Assembly (NCBI GenBank): GCA_023387655.1
Contig: JAEWHR010000072.1
Coordinates: 8,509-72,508, forward strand
Source: Bacillota bacterium
GTDB taxonomy: Bacteria > Bacillota > Clostridia > Lachnospirales > Lachnospiraceae
Length of the DNA stretch: 64,000 bases
Reading direction: 5' to 3'
A program made the position numbers and the translations under genes. Shown piece after piece: positions 1 through 10,234 of this stretch (its first letter is position 1; each line of letters opens with the position of its first letter). The notes beneath the pieces are model-generated. The model did not search any database and was not told where the DNA came from. It saw only the letters and a list, made by a program, of their open reading frames with translations.

Positions 1-398
1 TTAATCATTGGATCTCCAAGTGAATCGTCTTTATATGAAAATTCCAAGGTAGGACATAATAACTTTTTGCCTTCTTCTATTCCTAACTTTTTCGCAAAAC
101 TTCCTGCGGATACGTTACGAATAATAACTTCAAGTGGAACAATCTGAACCTTTTTTACGGCGGTCTCTCTATCACTTAACTCTTCAATATAATGAGTTGG
201 CACGCCTTCTTTTTCTAACTGTTTCATAATGTAGTTTGACATTCTGTTATTAATAACGCCTTTACCTACAATAGTTCCTCTCTTCTCACCATTGAATGCG
301 GTTGCATCATCTTTGTAATCAACGATTAATACATCCTCAACGTCGGTTTTGTACACTTTCTTGGCTTTACCTTCATAAAGTTGTTCTAACTTTTTCAT
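1..398 (-). CDS. purC: Phosphoribosylaminoimidazole-succinocarboxamide (SAICAR) synthase, 5' part (runs off window)
   Basis: Manual translation [51 protein letters not shown]...[23 protein letters not shown] upstream; not in ORF track. Confidence 0.96.
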   Translation of the reverse strand, partial: MKKLEQLYEGKAKKVYKTDVEDVLIVDYKDDATAFNGEKRGTIVGKGVINNRMSNYIMKQLEKEGVPTHYIEELSDRETAVKKVQIVPLEVIIRNVSAGSFAKKLGIEEGKKLLCPTLEFSYKDDSLGDPMI

Positions 399-750
399 GT
401 TAAATTATCCTCCTTGTGTAAACACCTTACCCTGCGTTTATAGCAACCTATTTTTTGTTGCCACAATTTAATTATATCGTAGCCCAAAAATAAGGCAAGG
501 GATTTTTCACACTTTAAGGCGCCTAGTCAAAATTTCGGTTAAATGTACAAAAAGACAGTAATTTTTTCGATAGTTTCTGTATAATAATTATTGCATTTTT
601 CCTAGTAAAATCAAGGCTTATAAGCGTTATTAATCTCATTTATCATTAGCATTAATAAACTGTTTTTTTGACTTTTTACTATGTCAAATTATATTCTTTT
701 TACAGCGTTTTTTTCCTTCTATTATGACTCAAATTGATACATAAGATTTA

Positions 751-1464
751 CTACCTTAGACGTCGATTTTCATACTTTGCCATCATTTGAAGATTATTTT
801 TCACTAAATCAATTCGTTCTTCTATCGTACCTTCACCCACTGGCAAATCAAGTGCAATTTCAATATTCCCCATCATACGTTCATCGATATTCTTTCTTAT
901 ACTATATAAGATTTCAAGTTTCTCTTCACAATCTTTCGCATCAAGAAATGCCATCAAGTCATAGTTTACTTCTGGATGGAATTCATCCTTTTTAGAATGC
1001 TCTTCTACTCCTAGGTTTAATACATCCTTTTTTGAATAATCTGCTACTCCTAGGTCTAATTCATCCTTTTTTGAATAGTCTTCTACTCCTAGGTCTAATT
1101 CATCCTTTTTAGAATGCTCTTCTACTCCTAGGTCTAATACATCCTTATTAGAATGATCTGCTATTCCTGAGTTAGCATCTTTTATAAGATCATCACTACA
1201 TCTCTGTCCATTATCACTGCTAAGTTCTTCTCTTAACATTAATGTAAAACGATATTCTTTCGTTACATTCGGATATTTCTCATGGTCCACCTCACTAAGA
1301 AACATAGAAAGAGGTCTAGCATATGTCTTGAAATCTCCGTAAAGTGCTTGATAAATCACAAGCTCCTCCCCTGTTTCGGAGTGTTTTGCAACAGTAATAA
1401 TTTGATAAAGCATCCCTTTAAAATGTTGGTATAATTGCCCTGGTTGCGGTTTGATTCTTTCCAA
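751..1464 (-). CDS. DUF1653-domain protein with internal 13-aa tandem repeats
   Basis: N-terminal YQHFKGxxY...HSETGEELVIYQALYG...ARPLSMFLSEVD is the DUF1653 signature; TTG start with GGGAGG RBS. Confidence 0.85.
   Translation of the reverse strand: MERIKPQPGQLYQHFKGMLYQIITVAKHSETGEELVIYQALYGDFKTYARPLSMFLSEVDHEKYPNVTKEYRFTLMLREELSSDNGQRCSDDLIKDANSGIADHSNKDVLDLGVEEHSKKDELDLGVEDYSKKDELDLGVADYSKKDVLNLGVEEHSKKDEFHPEVNYDLMAFLDAKDCEEKLEILYSIRKNIDERMMGNIEIALDLPVGEGTIEERIDLVKNNLQMMAKYENRRLR
982..1170 (-). repeat. 39-bp in-frame tandem repeat, about 4.8 copies
   Basis: Units start at 982, 1021, 1060, 1099, 1138; encode KD(E/V)L(D/N)LGV(E/A)(E/D)(H/Y)SK. Confidence 0.95.
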
Positions 1465-1579
1465 AATAATTCATCCTCCCTTAATATCACACCTAGTATT
1501 CCTTAGTTTTTTCTCACTTGCCAAAAAACTGCATCATCATACTAAGCCATTCACTCTATATGGTAAGAGTCATACTTAT

Positions 1580-2557
1580 CTATTTTCGTAAAGAGAGATA
1601 ATACTCTGCATATTCTTTTGTAATTAGTCTTGCATTCACCATCTGCCTTATATAAAGAGAAAATTCATCCTTACTTATATTAGCTTCTGACAGCTGTTGT
1701 AACAACGTTTTGATTCTTACTTTAAATTCTGAAACTGTAATTACGCCATCTCTTAACATAATACTAAGCAGATATGCGGCTTCAAAATAAGGATTGTGCA
1801 TCTTAGGATCAGCAAATCTTCCCTCATAGCTTAAGTCTAATTTTAACATATCCATTATCGTTCTTATGGAAGTATTCGTTACTTTAATATCTGGTGATAA
1901 CACATATAAATTCTTTCGATATACTTTTCTTCCATCTCTGGAATCCTCATAAAGAGTTGGAAGATAGGAGGAAAAAACAACACGAAGAAAGGAAGGTTTT
2001 TGAAAACCTTGATAGTCAAGAAGTGGATTTGCAATCACTCCCTTTTCGTAGGTTATTTTTGTTACCTTTGATAAAGGAATTGTTACCTTCCGTGTCTCTT
2101 CTTCAAATAATAAAAGATTTAAGTATCCTCGATCTGACCAAATATAAGCAGGGCATTGTCTTATTTTTTCACTTTGACATAGCTCTATCATAATTGGCTT
2201 ATGGTCTTTATTCACCTTATATTTTATAAAGATGCCCTTAACAGTTTCTTCATTATATTGTTCGTAGATATTTTCTTCCTCTTCCTCTACTGGTTCCTTG
2301 GATTGAGTATCCGTTAGAGCAAGCTCCTCACGGGTTTTCTTATAAACTTGTTTTCCTGTTTTTTGAAACGAAAGTGATGTAATAAAAAGAAATGCTACAA
2401 GAAAGCAAAATGTCGCAATCATCCCCCACAACGGAGATTTTTCCACTATAGTAAATCCGATACTAACACTACCGAATACTAACAAAAATATCGTCGCAAG
2501 AATATAGCCCTTTGTCTTTTTATTCCCATACCGTAATCCGTTCCAAATTTTATTCAT
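1580..2557 (-). CDS. Hypothetical membrane protein (2 N-terminal TM helices), overlapping the nrdG stop
   Basis: Long ORF with two hydrophobic segments; ATG 2557 preceded by GGAG. Confidence 0.75.
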   Translation of the reverse strand: MNKIWNGLRYGNKKTKGYILATIFLLVFGSVSIGFTIVEKSPLWGMIATFCFLVAFLFITSLSFQKTGKQVYKKTREELALTDTQSKEPVEEEEENIYEQYNEETVKGIFIKYKVNKDHKPIMIELCQSEKIRQCPAYIWSDRGYLNLLLFEEETRKVTIPLSKVTKITYEKGVIANPLLDYQGFQKPSFLRVVFSSYLPTLYEDSRDGRKVYRKNLYVLSPDIKVTNTSIRTIMDMLKLDLSYEGRFADPKMHNPYFEAAYLLSIMLRDGVITVSEFKVRIKTLLQQLSEANISKDEFSLYIRQMVNARLITKEYAEYYLSLRK

Positions 2558-3083
2558 TCGTAGCTCCATCCCATAAAATTATTTTTTCTGACCGAAGCGA
2601 ATCTTGTACCAAAATAATTCGTTGATTCTCAGAACCTCGAAAACGAAGATTAATATTTTTCTTTTCTTCGATAAATTTACCATCCACTAATACATCAAGG
2701 TAAGATAACAACTCTTTGGTCTCTTCATGCTTAACAGCCATCTTACCTAATATATCGGCATCTAAGAGATATCCACTATAGCACCAAATTGTTTTCGTAG
2801 GGTACATTTCCTTTACTCTTCGTAATAACGGTAGCAGCCCAAGTTGATTTGTAAGTTCGAACGGTTCTCCACCAAGTAAAGATAAACCAGCGATATAATC
2901 TGGTTTTAATAAGGTAAGAATATATTCAATAGTCTCTTCTGTAAAAGGCTCTCCGTAATGAAAATCCCAAGCAACTTCATTGAAGCATCCTTTGCAATGA
3001 TGAGTACAACCGCTTACAAACAAAGATACTCTTACTCCTGGACCGTTTGCCACGTCAAATGGCTTAATTGTAGCATAATTCAT
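2550..3083 (-). CDS. nrdG: Anaerobic ribonucleotide reductase activating protein (radical SAM)
   Basis: DVANGPGVRVSLFVSGCTHHCKGCFN (CxxxCxxC), DVLVDGKF, FRGSENQR. Confidence 0.97.
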   Translation of the reverse strand: MNYATIKPFDVANGPGVRVSLFVSGCTHHCKGCFNEVAWDFHYGEPFTEETIEYILTLLKPDYIAGLSLLGGEPFELTNQLGLLPLLRRVKEMYPTKTIWCYSGYLLDADILGKMAVKHEETKELLSYLDVLVDGKFIEEKKNINLRFRGSENQRIILVQDSLRSEKIILWDGATNE

Positions 3084-3125
3084 GATGTCACCCCAAATTT
3101 CTTTTTAAATATAGTGCTAAAAAAC

Positions 3126-3238
3126 GCACCTCTGTATAATCAAAGTTGAATTAATATTATAAGTAACTATTTTGGTTTAAAGACGTACTCTATATAATCA
3201 GAGTTGAAAAGGCACCTCTATATAATCAGAGTTGAATT
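3126..3238. repeat. Three copies of a ~24-bp direct repeat between nrdD and nrdG
   Basis: CTCT(G/A)TATAATCA(A/G)AGTTGAA at ~3130, ~3188, ~3216. Confidence 0.85.
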
Positions 3239-3327
3239 TATATTTCCGTACCTTTTTATATAGAAACTAAATGCATACTTAGGTATCCGTTTTGTACTAA
3301 TTACACACTTTTTAATATTATGATATA

Positions 3328-3369
3328 GGAAACGTCCCCAAACATACTAAAGTAGTCGGCGACGTTTCC
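3328..3369 (-). terminator. Stem-loop after nrdD
   Basis: GGAAACGTC...GACGTTTCC inverted repeat. Confidence 0.55.
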
Positions 3370-3410
3370 ATGTTAAATATATTCTATCATACTTTTATTG
3401 GTACTGCACA

Positions 3411-5537
3411 TTAAATATGAAGTACTCTTGCATTAATTTCTTTTGTTTTTCCTTTGTTCCAGAAATTCTCTCCTAAATAACCACAAGTTCTACGGGTTAC
3501 GTTCATCTTTGCATGGTCTTTATTACCACAATTTGGGCACTCCCATTCAAAGTCTTCATTAATTTTAATCTCACCGTCAAAACCACATACATGACAATAA
3601 TCAGATTTCGTATTAAATTCTGCGTATTGAATATTATCATAGATAAATTTCACGATTTCTTCTAATGCTTCTAGATTATGACGCATATTTGGTATTTCAA
3701 CATAAGAAATTGCACCACCGCTGGAGATCACCTGGAACTGGCTTTCGAAGGTGAATTTACTAAATGCATCAATATCTTCACGAACATCCACATGATAGGA
3801 GTTTGTATAATAACCTTTGTCTGTAATGTCTTTGATTTCACCAAAACGTTCTTTATCAATTCTTGCAAAACGATAGCAAAGAGATTCTGCAGGTGTTCCA
3901 TATAATCCAAATCCAATTCCTGTTTCTCTCTTCCATGTATCCGCTGCTTCTCTTAGGCGATTCATAACACGAAGAGCAAATTCTGTTCCTTCCTTCTGTG
4001 TATGGCTTACCCCTTTCATAAGCTTGGTAACTTCATATAATCCAATGTATCCAAGAGAAATAGTGGAATAACCATCGTGTAATAATTTATCAATGGTTTC
4101 ACCCTTTTTAAGTCTTGCTATTGCACCATATTGCCAATGGATTGGACTAACATCAGAAATAGTACCTTCTAACGCTCTATGTCTGCACATAAGAGCTTCA
4201 AAACAAAGTGCTAGACGTTCTTCTAAAAGCTGCCAGAACACTTCTTCATCTCCATTCGCTATAATACCAATCTGTGGAAGATTTAAACTGACAACACCTT
4301 GATTAAAGCGTCCTTCAAATTTGTATTCACCATTCTCATCCTTCCAAGGAGATAGGAAACTACGGCATCCCATACAAGAGAATACATTGCCTTCGTAATT
4401 CTCACGCATTTTCTTAGCTGAAATGTAATCTGGATAGAGACGTTTCGCAGAACACTGTACAGCCAATTTTGTGATATAGTCATATTTACCGCCCTTTAAA
4501 CAGTTATGTTCATCCAGTACATAGATTAGCTTTGGAAACGCTGGAGTAATATAAACTCCCTTTTCATTCTTAATTCCTTCCAAACGCTGGCGAAGAATTT
4601 CTTCAATTATCATTGCATTTTCTTCAATGTACTCATCGTCCTTGTCAAGATTTAAGAACAAGGTAACAAAAGGAGACTGACCATTGGTTGTCATTAATGT
4701 ATTAATCTGATACTGAATCGTCTGAACACCGGAACGAAGTTCATCTTGTACTCTCTCTTGTACAAATTTCTCAATTACTTCTTCGCTAGCTTCTCCATTA
4801 AACAAAGATTCATAGCGTTTTCTATATTTGTCCATACTATAGCGAAGATACTTTCCAAGATGACGAATGTCTACTGACTGTCCACCATACTGGCTACTTG
4901 CTACAGCAGAAATAATCTGTGTCATAACGGTACATGCAACTTGAAAACTCTTTGGAGTCTCAATCAGTTTTGCATTCATTACTGTACCATTTTCAAGCAT
5001 ATCCTTAATATTAATCAAACAACAGTTAAAAATAGATTGAAGGAAATAGTCTGCATCATGAAAATGTAGGATTCCTTCCTCATGAGCTTTCGAAATTTTT
5101 TCTGGTAATAACAAACGTTTTGTTAAATCCTTCGATACCTCACCGGCAATTAAATCACGTTGTGTGGATGCAATTACTGCATTTTTATTGGAGTTTTCCT
5201 CCATAACATCTTCATTACTATGTCGAATCAAGCTCATGATCGATTCATCTGTGGTATTCGCTTTTCGAACTAACTCTCTACGAAAACGATAGATAATATA
5301 AGTTTTAGCCAAAACAAACTTACGCTCTGCCATTAACTTCTGTTCAATGATATCTTGAATTTCCTCTACATACATCGTATCTTTCTTAAGCTTCTCAATT
5401 CCTACAACAATTGATTCAATTTTATCCTCGGTAACCTTTTCTTTATGATCTACCTCATCATTTGCTTTACGAATTGCAACTAATATCTTATTTCTGTCAT
5501 AATCCGTTACCCTACCATCACGCTTAACTACCTTCAT
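3411..5537 (-). CDS. nrdD: Class III anaerobic ribonucleoside-triphosphate reductase with N-terminal ATP cone
   Basis: VVKRDG ATP cone, CMGCRSFL, TPAESLCYRF, CxxC...CxxC Zn site, RRTCGYL glycyl-radical loop. Confidence 0.98.
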   Translation of the reverse strand: MKVVKRDGRVTDYDRNKILVAIRKANDEVDHKEKVTEDKIESIVVGIEKLKKDTMYVEEIQDIIEQKLMAERKFVLAKTYIIYRFRRELVRKANTTDESIMSLIRHSNEDVMEENSNKNAVIASTQRDLIAGEVSKDLTKRLLLPEKISKAHEEGILHFHDADYFLQSIFNCCLINIKDMLENGTVMNAKLIETPKSFQVACTVMTQIISAVASSQYGGQSVDIRHLGKYLRYSMDKYRKRYESLFNGEASEEVIEKFVQERVQDELRSGVQTIQYQINTLMTTNGQSPFVTLFLNLDKDDEYIEENAMIIEEILRQRLEGIKNEKGVYITPAFPKLIYVLDEHNCLKGGKYDYITKLAVQCSAKRLYPDYISAKKMRENYEGNVFSCMGCRSFLSPWKDENGEYKFEGRFNQGVVSLNLPQIGIIANGDEEVFWQLLEERLALCFEALMCRHRALEGTISDVSPIHWQYGAIARLKKGETIDKLLHDGYSTISLGYIGLYEVTKLMKGVSHTQKEGTEFALRVMNRLREAADTWKRETGIGFGLYGTPAESLCYRFARIDKERFGEIKDITDKGYYTNSYHVDVREDIDAFSKFTFESQFQVISSGGAISYVEIPNMRHNLEALEEIVKFIYDNIQYAEFNTKSDYCHVCGFDGEIKINEDFEWECPNCGNKDHAKMNVTRRTCGYLGENFWNKGKTKEINARVLHI

Positions 5538-5718
5538 ATAACCTATCCTTTCTTGCTTCTAAATTTTTGTCTTTGGTATGTCCCCAAAATGATTGCCCCT
5601 TACTTCCATACGATATAGACATGGTAGTAAGAGGCGAATATAATTAAATTATGCTTGTTTCCAAGTAAAGGCAAAGAAATTGTTAACTTTGACCATATTT
5701 TTTTTATTGCATACTATT

Positions 5719-5792
5719 AGTATAGCATAGTCAAAAGGATAAGTCTACTACATATTGTTTCTTTTTCACCTTCCAATTACTAGATATAGTGG
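5719..5792 (-). promoter_or_regulatory. nrdD sigma-A promoter with two tandem NrdR boxes
   Basis: Minus strand CCACTATATCTAGTAA (5792-5777) and AAACAATATGTAGTAG (5760-5745), 32 bp apart, match acaCwAtATaTwGtg; the second overlaps TAGACT-N17-TATACT. Confidence 0.85.
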
Positions 5793-5866
5793 TTTTAATT
5801 TTCTTTCTATTCTGAATTATTCCTATGTTACGGATAGTTTTCAGTATTTAAGTTACTTAAGTCCTA

Positions 5867-7006
5867 TTATGATAACCTCATTTTAAAGTCATTATAGCCA
5901 AATTGTTTGACAATTACGACTCCTTCTTTTTCTGTATGCGCAATAATGGAAGGAAGATTAATTCCATTAAACATATTATTTTTTACCATACTATAATGGG
6001 ACATATCACAGAGGACTAAAATATCTCCCTCATTTAATGGTTCATCAAAAGAATATTCTCCCACTACATCACCCGCTAAACAAGTAGTTGCTCCAAGGAT
6101 ATAAGTATAAGCTTTTTCTCCTGCTTTACCAGCTCCAATTATTTCGGGACGATAGGGCATTTCAAGAACATCAGGCATATGACAAGCTGCAGAAGTATCT
6201 AAGATAGCACATTCTCCATTTGCTCCACAAATATCTAATACCTTTGTTACTAAATATCCCGTGTTTAAGCCAATAGCTTCCCCAGGTTCCAAATATACTT
6301 CTACATTATAGTTTTCTTTAATATGAAGAATTGCAGAAATTAACGCCTCCACATCATAATCTTCTCTTGTGATATGATGCCCTCCTCCAAAATTTATCCA
6401 CTTCATTTTTTTTAATAAGAAGCCAAACTTTTCTTCTACTATTTTTAAGGTTCTTACTAAAACATCCGAATTTTGCTCACACATCGTATGAAAATGCAAG
6501 CCCTCTAATCCTTCTAAATCTTCTTCTCTCATATTATCGAGGGTAGTTCCTAATCTTGAGCCTTTCGCACATGGATTATATAATTCTACCTCAATTTCTG
6601 AGTATTGCGGATTTATTCGTAATCCACAACTTATTTTCTTGCCTGATTTTTTTATTACTTCCTTATATTTAAGCCATTGTTTTGGTGTATTAAATACCAT
6701 ATGATCACACAGCGAGATGATTTCCTCCATTTCAGATTCCTGATAAGCTGGGTTAAAGATATGTACTTCTCCTCCCATCTCTTCTTTTCCAAGCTTTGCT
6801 TCAAATAAGGAACTTGCTGTAGTTCCTGTTAAATAAGAACCTATTAACGGATAATAATAGAACATAGAAAACGCTTTCTGAGCCAACAGTATCTTACAAC
6901 CAGTTCGTTCCATAATTCTTTTTAATAAGGACAGGTTTCGTTTCAATAACCGCTCCTCAACAACATAGGAGGGAGTTGGTATCTCTTTGAAATCAATTTC
7001 TAACAT
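5867..7006 (-). CDS. nspC: Carboxy(nor)spermidine decarboxylase
   Basis: LLAQKAFS, GLHFHTMCEQ, NFGGGHHIT, LEPGEA, HMPDVLEMPYRP, CLAGD. Confidence 0.95.
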   Translation of the reverse strand: MLEIDFKEIPTPSYVVEERLLKRNLSLLKRIMERTGCKILLAQKAFSMFYYYPLIGSYLTGTTASSLFEAKLGKEEMGGEVHIFNPAYQESEMEEIISLCDHMVFNTPKQWLKYKEVIKKSGKKISCGLRINPQYSEIEVELYNPCAKGSRLGTTLDNMREEDLEGLEGLHFHTMCEQNSDVLVRTLKIVEEKFGFLLKKMKWINFGGGHHITREDYDVEALISAILHIKENYNVEVYLEPGEAIGLNTGYLVTKVLDICGANGECAILDTSAACHMPDVLEMPYRPEIIGAGKAGEKAYTYILGATTCLAGDVVGEYSFDEPLNEGDILVLCDMSHYSMVKNNMFNGINLPSIIAHTEKEGVVIVKQFGYNDFKMRLS

Positions 7007-7114
7007 AAATCACCTCAATTCTGCACACGCCTAAATGCACATATAAATATACGTGTGCTTTTTACTTTACTATAAGGCTGTTGCAATTACGAATCATGCA
7101 ACAACCCAACTTCC

Positions 7115-8314
7115 TTAATCTACTAATACAGGATTAAAATCTTCTTTCCAAGGGAGTCCAAATCGATTTAATTCCTCCATAAAAGGATCCGGGTTAAACT
7201 CCTCTACATTAAATACCCCCGGTTTCTTCCACTTTCCTGTTAGTACCATCGCTGCACCAATCATCGCAGGAACTCCTGTGGTATAAGAAATTGCCTGAGA
7301 GCCAACCTCACGGTAGCATTCCTGATGGTCACATACATTATATACGTAATAAGTAACTTCTTTTCCATCCTTTACACCCTTAAAAATACAACCAATATTG
7401 GTTTTCCCCACCGTACGTGGTCCAAGCGTCGCAGGATCAGGCAATACAGCCTTTAAAAACTGAAGTGGTACGATTTGCTTGCCTTCAAACTCGATTGGTT
7501 CAATCGAAGTCATACCAACATTTTCTAGGCACTTAAGATGTCTTAAATAACTCTCACCAAACGTCATAAAGAATCGGATACGCTTAATCCCTTTGATATT
7601 AATTGCCAAAGATTCTAACTCCTCATGATGAAGAAGATACATATCTTTTTGTCCAACTTCATGGAAGTCATACACCCTCTTAATCTCCATTGGTTCCGTC
7701 TCAACCCACTTACCATTCTCCCAATAGCTTCCTTTTGCAGAAACTTCTCGGATATTAATCTCCGGATTAAAGTTCGTAGCAAATGGATAACCATGATCAC
7801 CACCGTTACAGTCTAAGATATCGATCTCATGGATTTCATCAAAATAATGCTTCATTGCATAGGCAGAGAAGACACCTGTGACACCTGGGTCAAAACCACA
7901 TCCAAGGACTGCTGTAATTCCAGCTTTTTCAAAACGTTTCCGATAGTCCCACTGCCACTTATACTCAAATTTTGCTGTGTCCAAAGGTTCATAATTAGCT
8001 GTATCAAGATAATCAGTCTTCGTCTCAAGACAGGCATCCATAATAGTTAAATCCTGATATGGAAGTGCAACATTGATTACAATATCCGGCTTGTACTCCT
8101 TAATTAATGCCACAAGCTCAGGTACGTTATCTGCATCTACCTGTGCAGTCGTAATCTTTGTTTTTCCACCATCAAGTTTTTCTTTTAGGGCATCACATTT
8201 TGATTTTGTTCTACTTGCTATACAGATATCTGTAAACACATCAGAATTTTGACAACACTTGTGTACTACAACACTTGCTACGCCTCCGGCGCCGATAATT
8301 AATGCTCTACTCAT
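7115..8314 (-). CDS. Carboxy(nor)spermidine dehydrogenase (saccharopine dehydrogenase family)
   Basis: IIGAGGV Rossmann motif, YLDTANYE, GCGFDPG, ATNFNPEINIRE; adjacent to nspC. Confidence 0.93.
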   Translation of the reverse strand: MSRALIIGAGGVASVVVHKCCQNSDVFTDICIASRTKSKCDALKEKLDGGKTKITTAQVDADNVPELVALIKEYKPDIVINVALPYQDLTIMDACLETKTDYLDTANYEPLDTAKFEYKWQWDYRKRFEKAGITAVLGCGFDPGVTGVFSAYAMKHYFDEIHEIDILDCNGGDHGYPFATNFNPEINIREVSAKGSYWENGKWVETEPMEIKRVYDFHEVGQKDMYLLHHEELESLAINIKGIKRIRFFMTFGESYLRHLKCLENVGMTSIEPIEFEGKQIVPLQFLKAVLPDPATLGPRTVGKTNIGCIFKGVKDGKEVTYYVYNVCDHQECYREVGSQAISYTTGVPAMIGAAMVLTGKWKKPGVFNVEEFNPDPFMEELNRFGLPWKEDFNPVLVD

Positions 8315-8535
8315 AATGATCTCCTCTATCTTTCCAATCCTGGTGATTTCATTTATACTAACGTATCTTTTTCCTTACTTATCTATCTTACTTATCTATC
8401 TTACTTTTCTTTTTCTTTATCTTTTTTCTTTATCTTTTTCCGTCTCATTCTATCTTCTTCTCTTTCACTATCACCACTGCATTCTATATCTAAAACAGCT
8501 GTAGTAATGCCTTAAATAAGAACTATTAAATAAAT

Positions 8536-9390
8536 TTACTTTATTAACATAAGCATCATCTCACGAAGTAGCTTACACGCCAAAGCTGTGGAAGCTCCGC
8601 TTTGGTCATATACTGGAGAAAGCTCATTCATATCAGCAGCCACCACCTGTAATCTTGAAACTTTTCGTAAAGCATCAAATAACTGAAGGAAGGTAACGCC
8701 ACCAGCCTCTGGTGTACCTGTTCCTGGAAATACTGAGGGATCAAGTACATCCAAATCAACCGTAAGATAAACCGGAACTTGCTTTCTTTCCAATTCATCA
8801 ACCACGAAGTCCAAGGTCTGAAAATCAAATCTACATGTAGTTACATGTTCTTTTCCAAATAAAAACTCATCTCTGTCTCCGCTTCGGATACCAAACTGAT
8901 AAATCTTTTTATCCCCCACCAACTCATGGCATCTTCTCATAACCGTTGCATGGGATAGTTTTACTCCAAGATAATCCTCTCTTAAGTCCGCATGTGCATC
9001 AAAGTGTATGATATGGACATTTGGATACTGTTTAACAACTGCACGCATAGCTCCTAAAGTAACCAGATGCTCTCCGCCAATCATGAGAGGAAACTTACCA
9101 TCCTTTAGAATATTACCAGTGAATTCTTCAATGATGGCGAGCGGCCCTACCGGATCACCAAATGGTAGCTCTAAATCTCCCCCATCAAAAATCTGAAAAT
9201 CCGTCAAATCTTTCTCCTGATATGGACTAAAGGTTTCAATTCCATAACTCTCATTTCGAATTGCAGCACTAGCAAATCTTGTACCTGGACGGTAGGAGGT
9301 GGTTCCATCGTATGGAGCTCCAAATAATACCATCTCACTGTCCTCATAATGTGCCTCGCACCCTATAAAAGTATGAAGATTTCTATTCAT
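8536..9390 (-). CDS. speB: Agmatinase (ureohydrolase)
   Basis: GGEHLV, DAHADLR, DLDVLDPSVFPGTGTPEAGG. Confidence 0.94.
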   Translation of the reverse strand: MNRNLHTFIGCEAHYEDSEMVLFGAPYDGTTSYRPGTRFASAAIRNESYGIETFSPYQEKDLTDFQIFDGGDLELPFGDPVGPLAIIEEFTGNILKDGKFPLMIGGEHLVTLGAMRAVVKQYPNVHIIHFDAHADLREDYLGVKLSHATVMRRCHELVGDKKIYQFGIRSGDRDEFLFGKEHVTTCRFDFQTLDFVVDELERKQVPVYLTVDLDVLDPSVFPGTGTPEAGGVTFLQLFDALRKVSRLQVVAADMNELSPVYDQSGASTALACKLLREMMLMLIK

Positions 9391-10234
9391 TGCCCCCTAA
9401 CAACTCCTTTACGTAATTTGGAAGATAAAAACAGCCTTTATGTAAATCTGTATTATAATATCTAACCTGTAACTTTAAATCATTCCATTTGCTTTCTTTT
9501 AAGTCTTTAATTGGGTCATATTGCTTCGATGCAAATCCAAACAACCAGTGTCCCGATGGATAAGAAGGGATATGACATTGATACACTGTACTTAATGGAA
9601 ATACAGAAGTAATATGACGGTGTGCTTTTTGTACACTTCCAGAATGCTCATTGTAGAACGGACTCTCATGCTGATTGATTAAGATTCCATCACTATGGAG
9701 CGCCTTGTAGCAATTTCCATAAAATTCTCTTGTAAATAAACCTTCTGCAGGTCCGAATGGGTCAGCGCAGTCTACAATAATCAAATCGTATTCATCTTGT
9801 TTTCCACGGACAAATCGAAGACCCTCTTCAAAATGCATCGATACTCTGTTATCATTCAGCTTGCAAGCTGTAAAAGGCATATATTCTCTGCATACCTGTA
9901 CAATTTCTTTATCAACTTCCACCATGTCGATATGCTCAATTGTATCGTATTTTGTAAGTTCTCTAATTGTTCCACCATCCCCAGCTCCAATTACAAGTAC
10001 ATTTCGGACATTGGGATGAACAGCCATAGGAACGTGCGTTATCATCTCATGATAGATAAACTCATCTTTTTCCGTAATCATTAACTCCCCATCTAATACA
10101 AGCACACGGCCATATTCGTAAGTTTCAATGATATCGATTCTCTGAAATTCACTTTCTACGCTAACTAGTTGCTCCTTGATTTTCATGGAAAAGCGTACGT
10201 CTTTTGTGTGTTGATCTGTATACCAAAGTTCCAT
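9383..10234 (-). CDS. speE: Polyamine aminopropyltransferase (spermidine synthase family)
   Basis: DEFIYHEMITH, VLVIGAGDGG, DCADP, YPSGHW. Confidence 0.95.
   Translation of the reverse strand: MELWYTDQHTKDVRFSMKIKEQLVSVESEFQRIDIIETYEYGRVLVLDGELMITEKDEFIYHEMITHVPMAVHPNVRNVLVIGAGDGGTIRELTKYDTIEHIDMVEVDKEIVQVCREYMPFTACKLNDNRVSMHFEEGLRFVRGKQDEYDLIIVDCADPFGPAEGLFTREFYGNCYKALHSDGILINQHESPFYNEHSGSVQKAHRHITSVFPLSTVYQCHIPSYPSGHWLFGFASKQYDPIKDLKESKWNDLKLQVRYYNTDLHKGCFYLPNYVKELLGGNE

Noticed and set aside
399..750. Purine or ZMP riboswitch upstream of purC
   Set aside because: No recognisable aptamer consensus; the promoter-like TTGCCT-N16-TATAAT leaves only a short leader
3126..3238. Possible CRISPR remnant
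   Set aside because: Two copies are nearly adjacent with no proper spacer; only three units
8259..8504. Hydrophobic 81-aa plus-strand ORF
   Set aside because: Arises from a CT-rich low-complexity tract antisense to the operon
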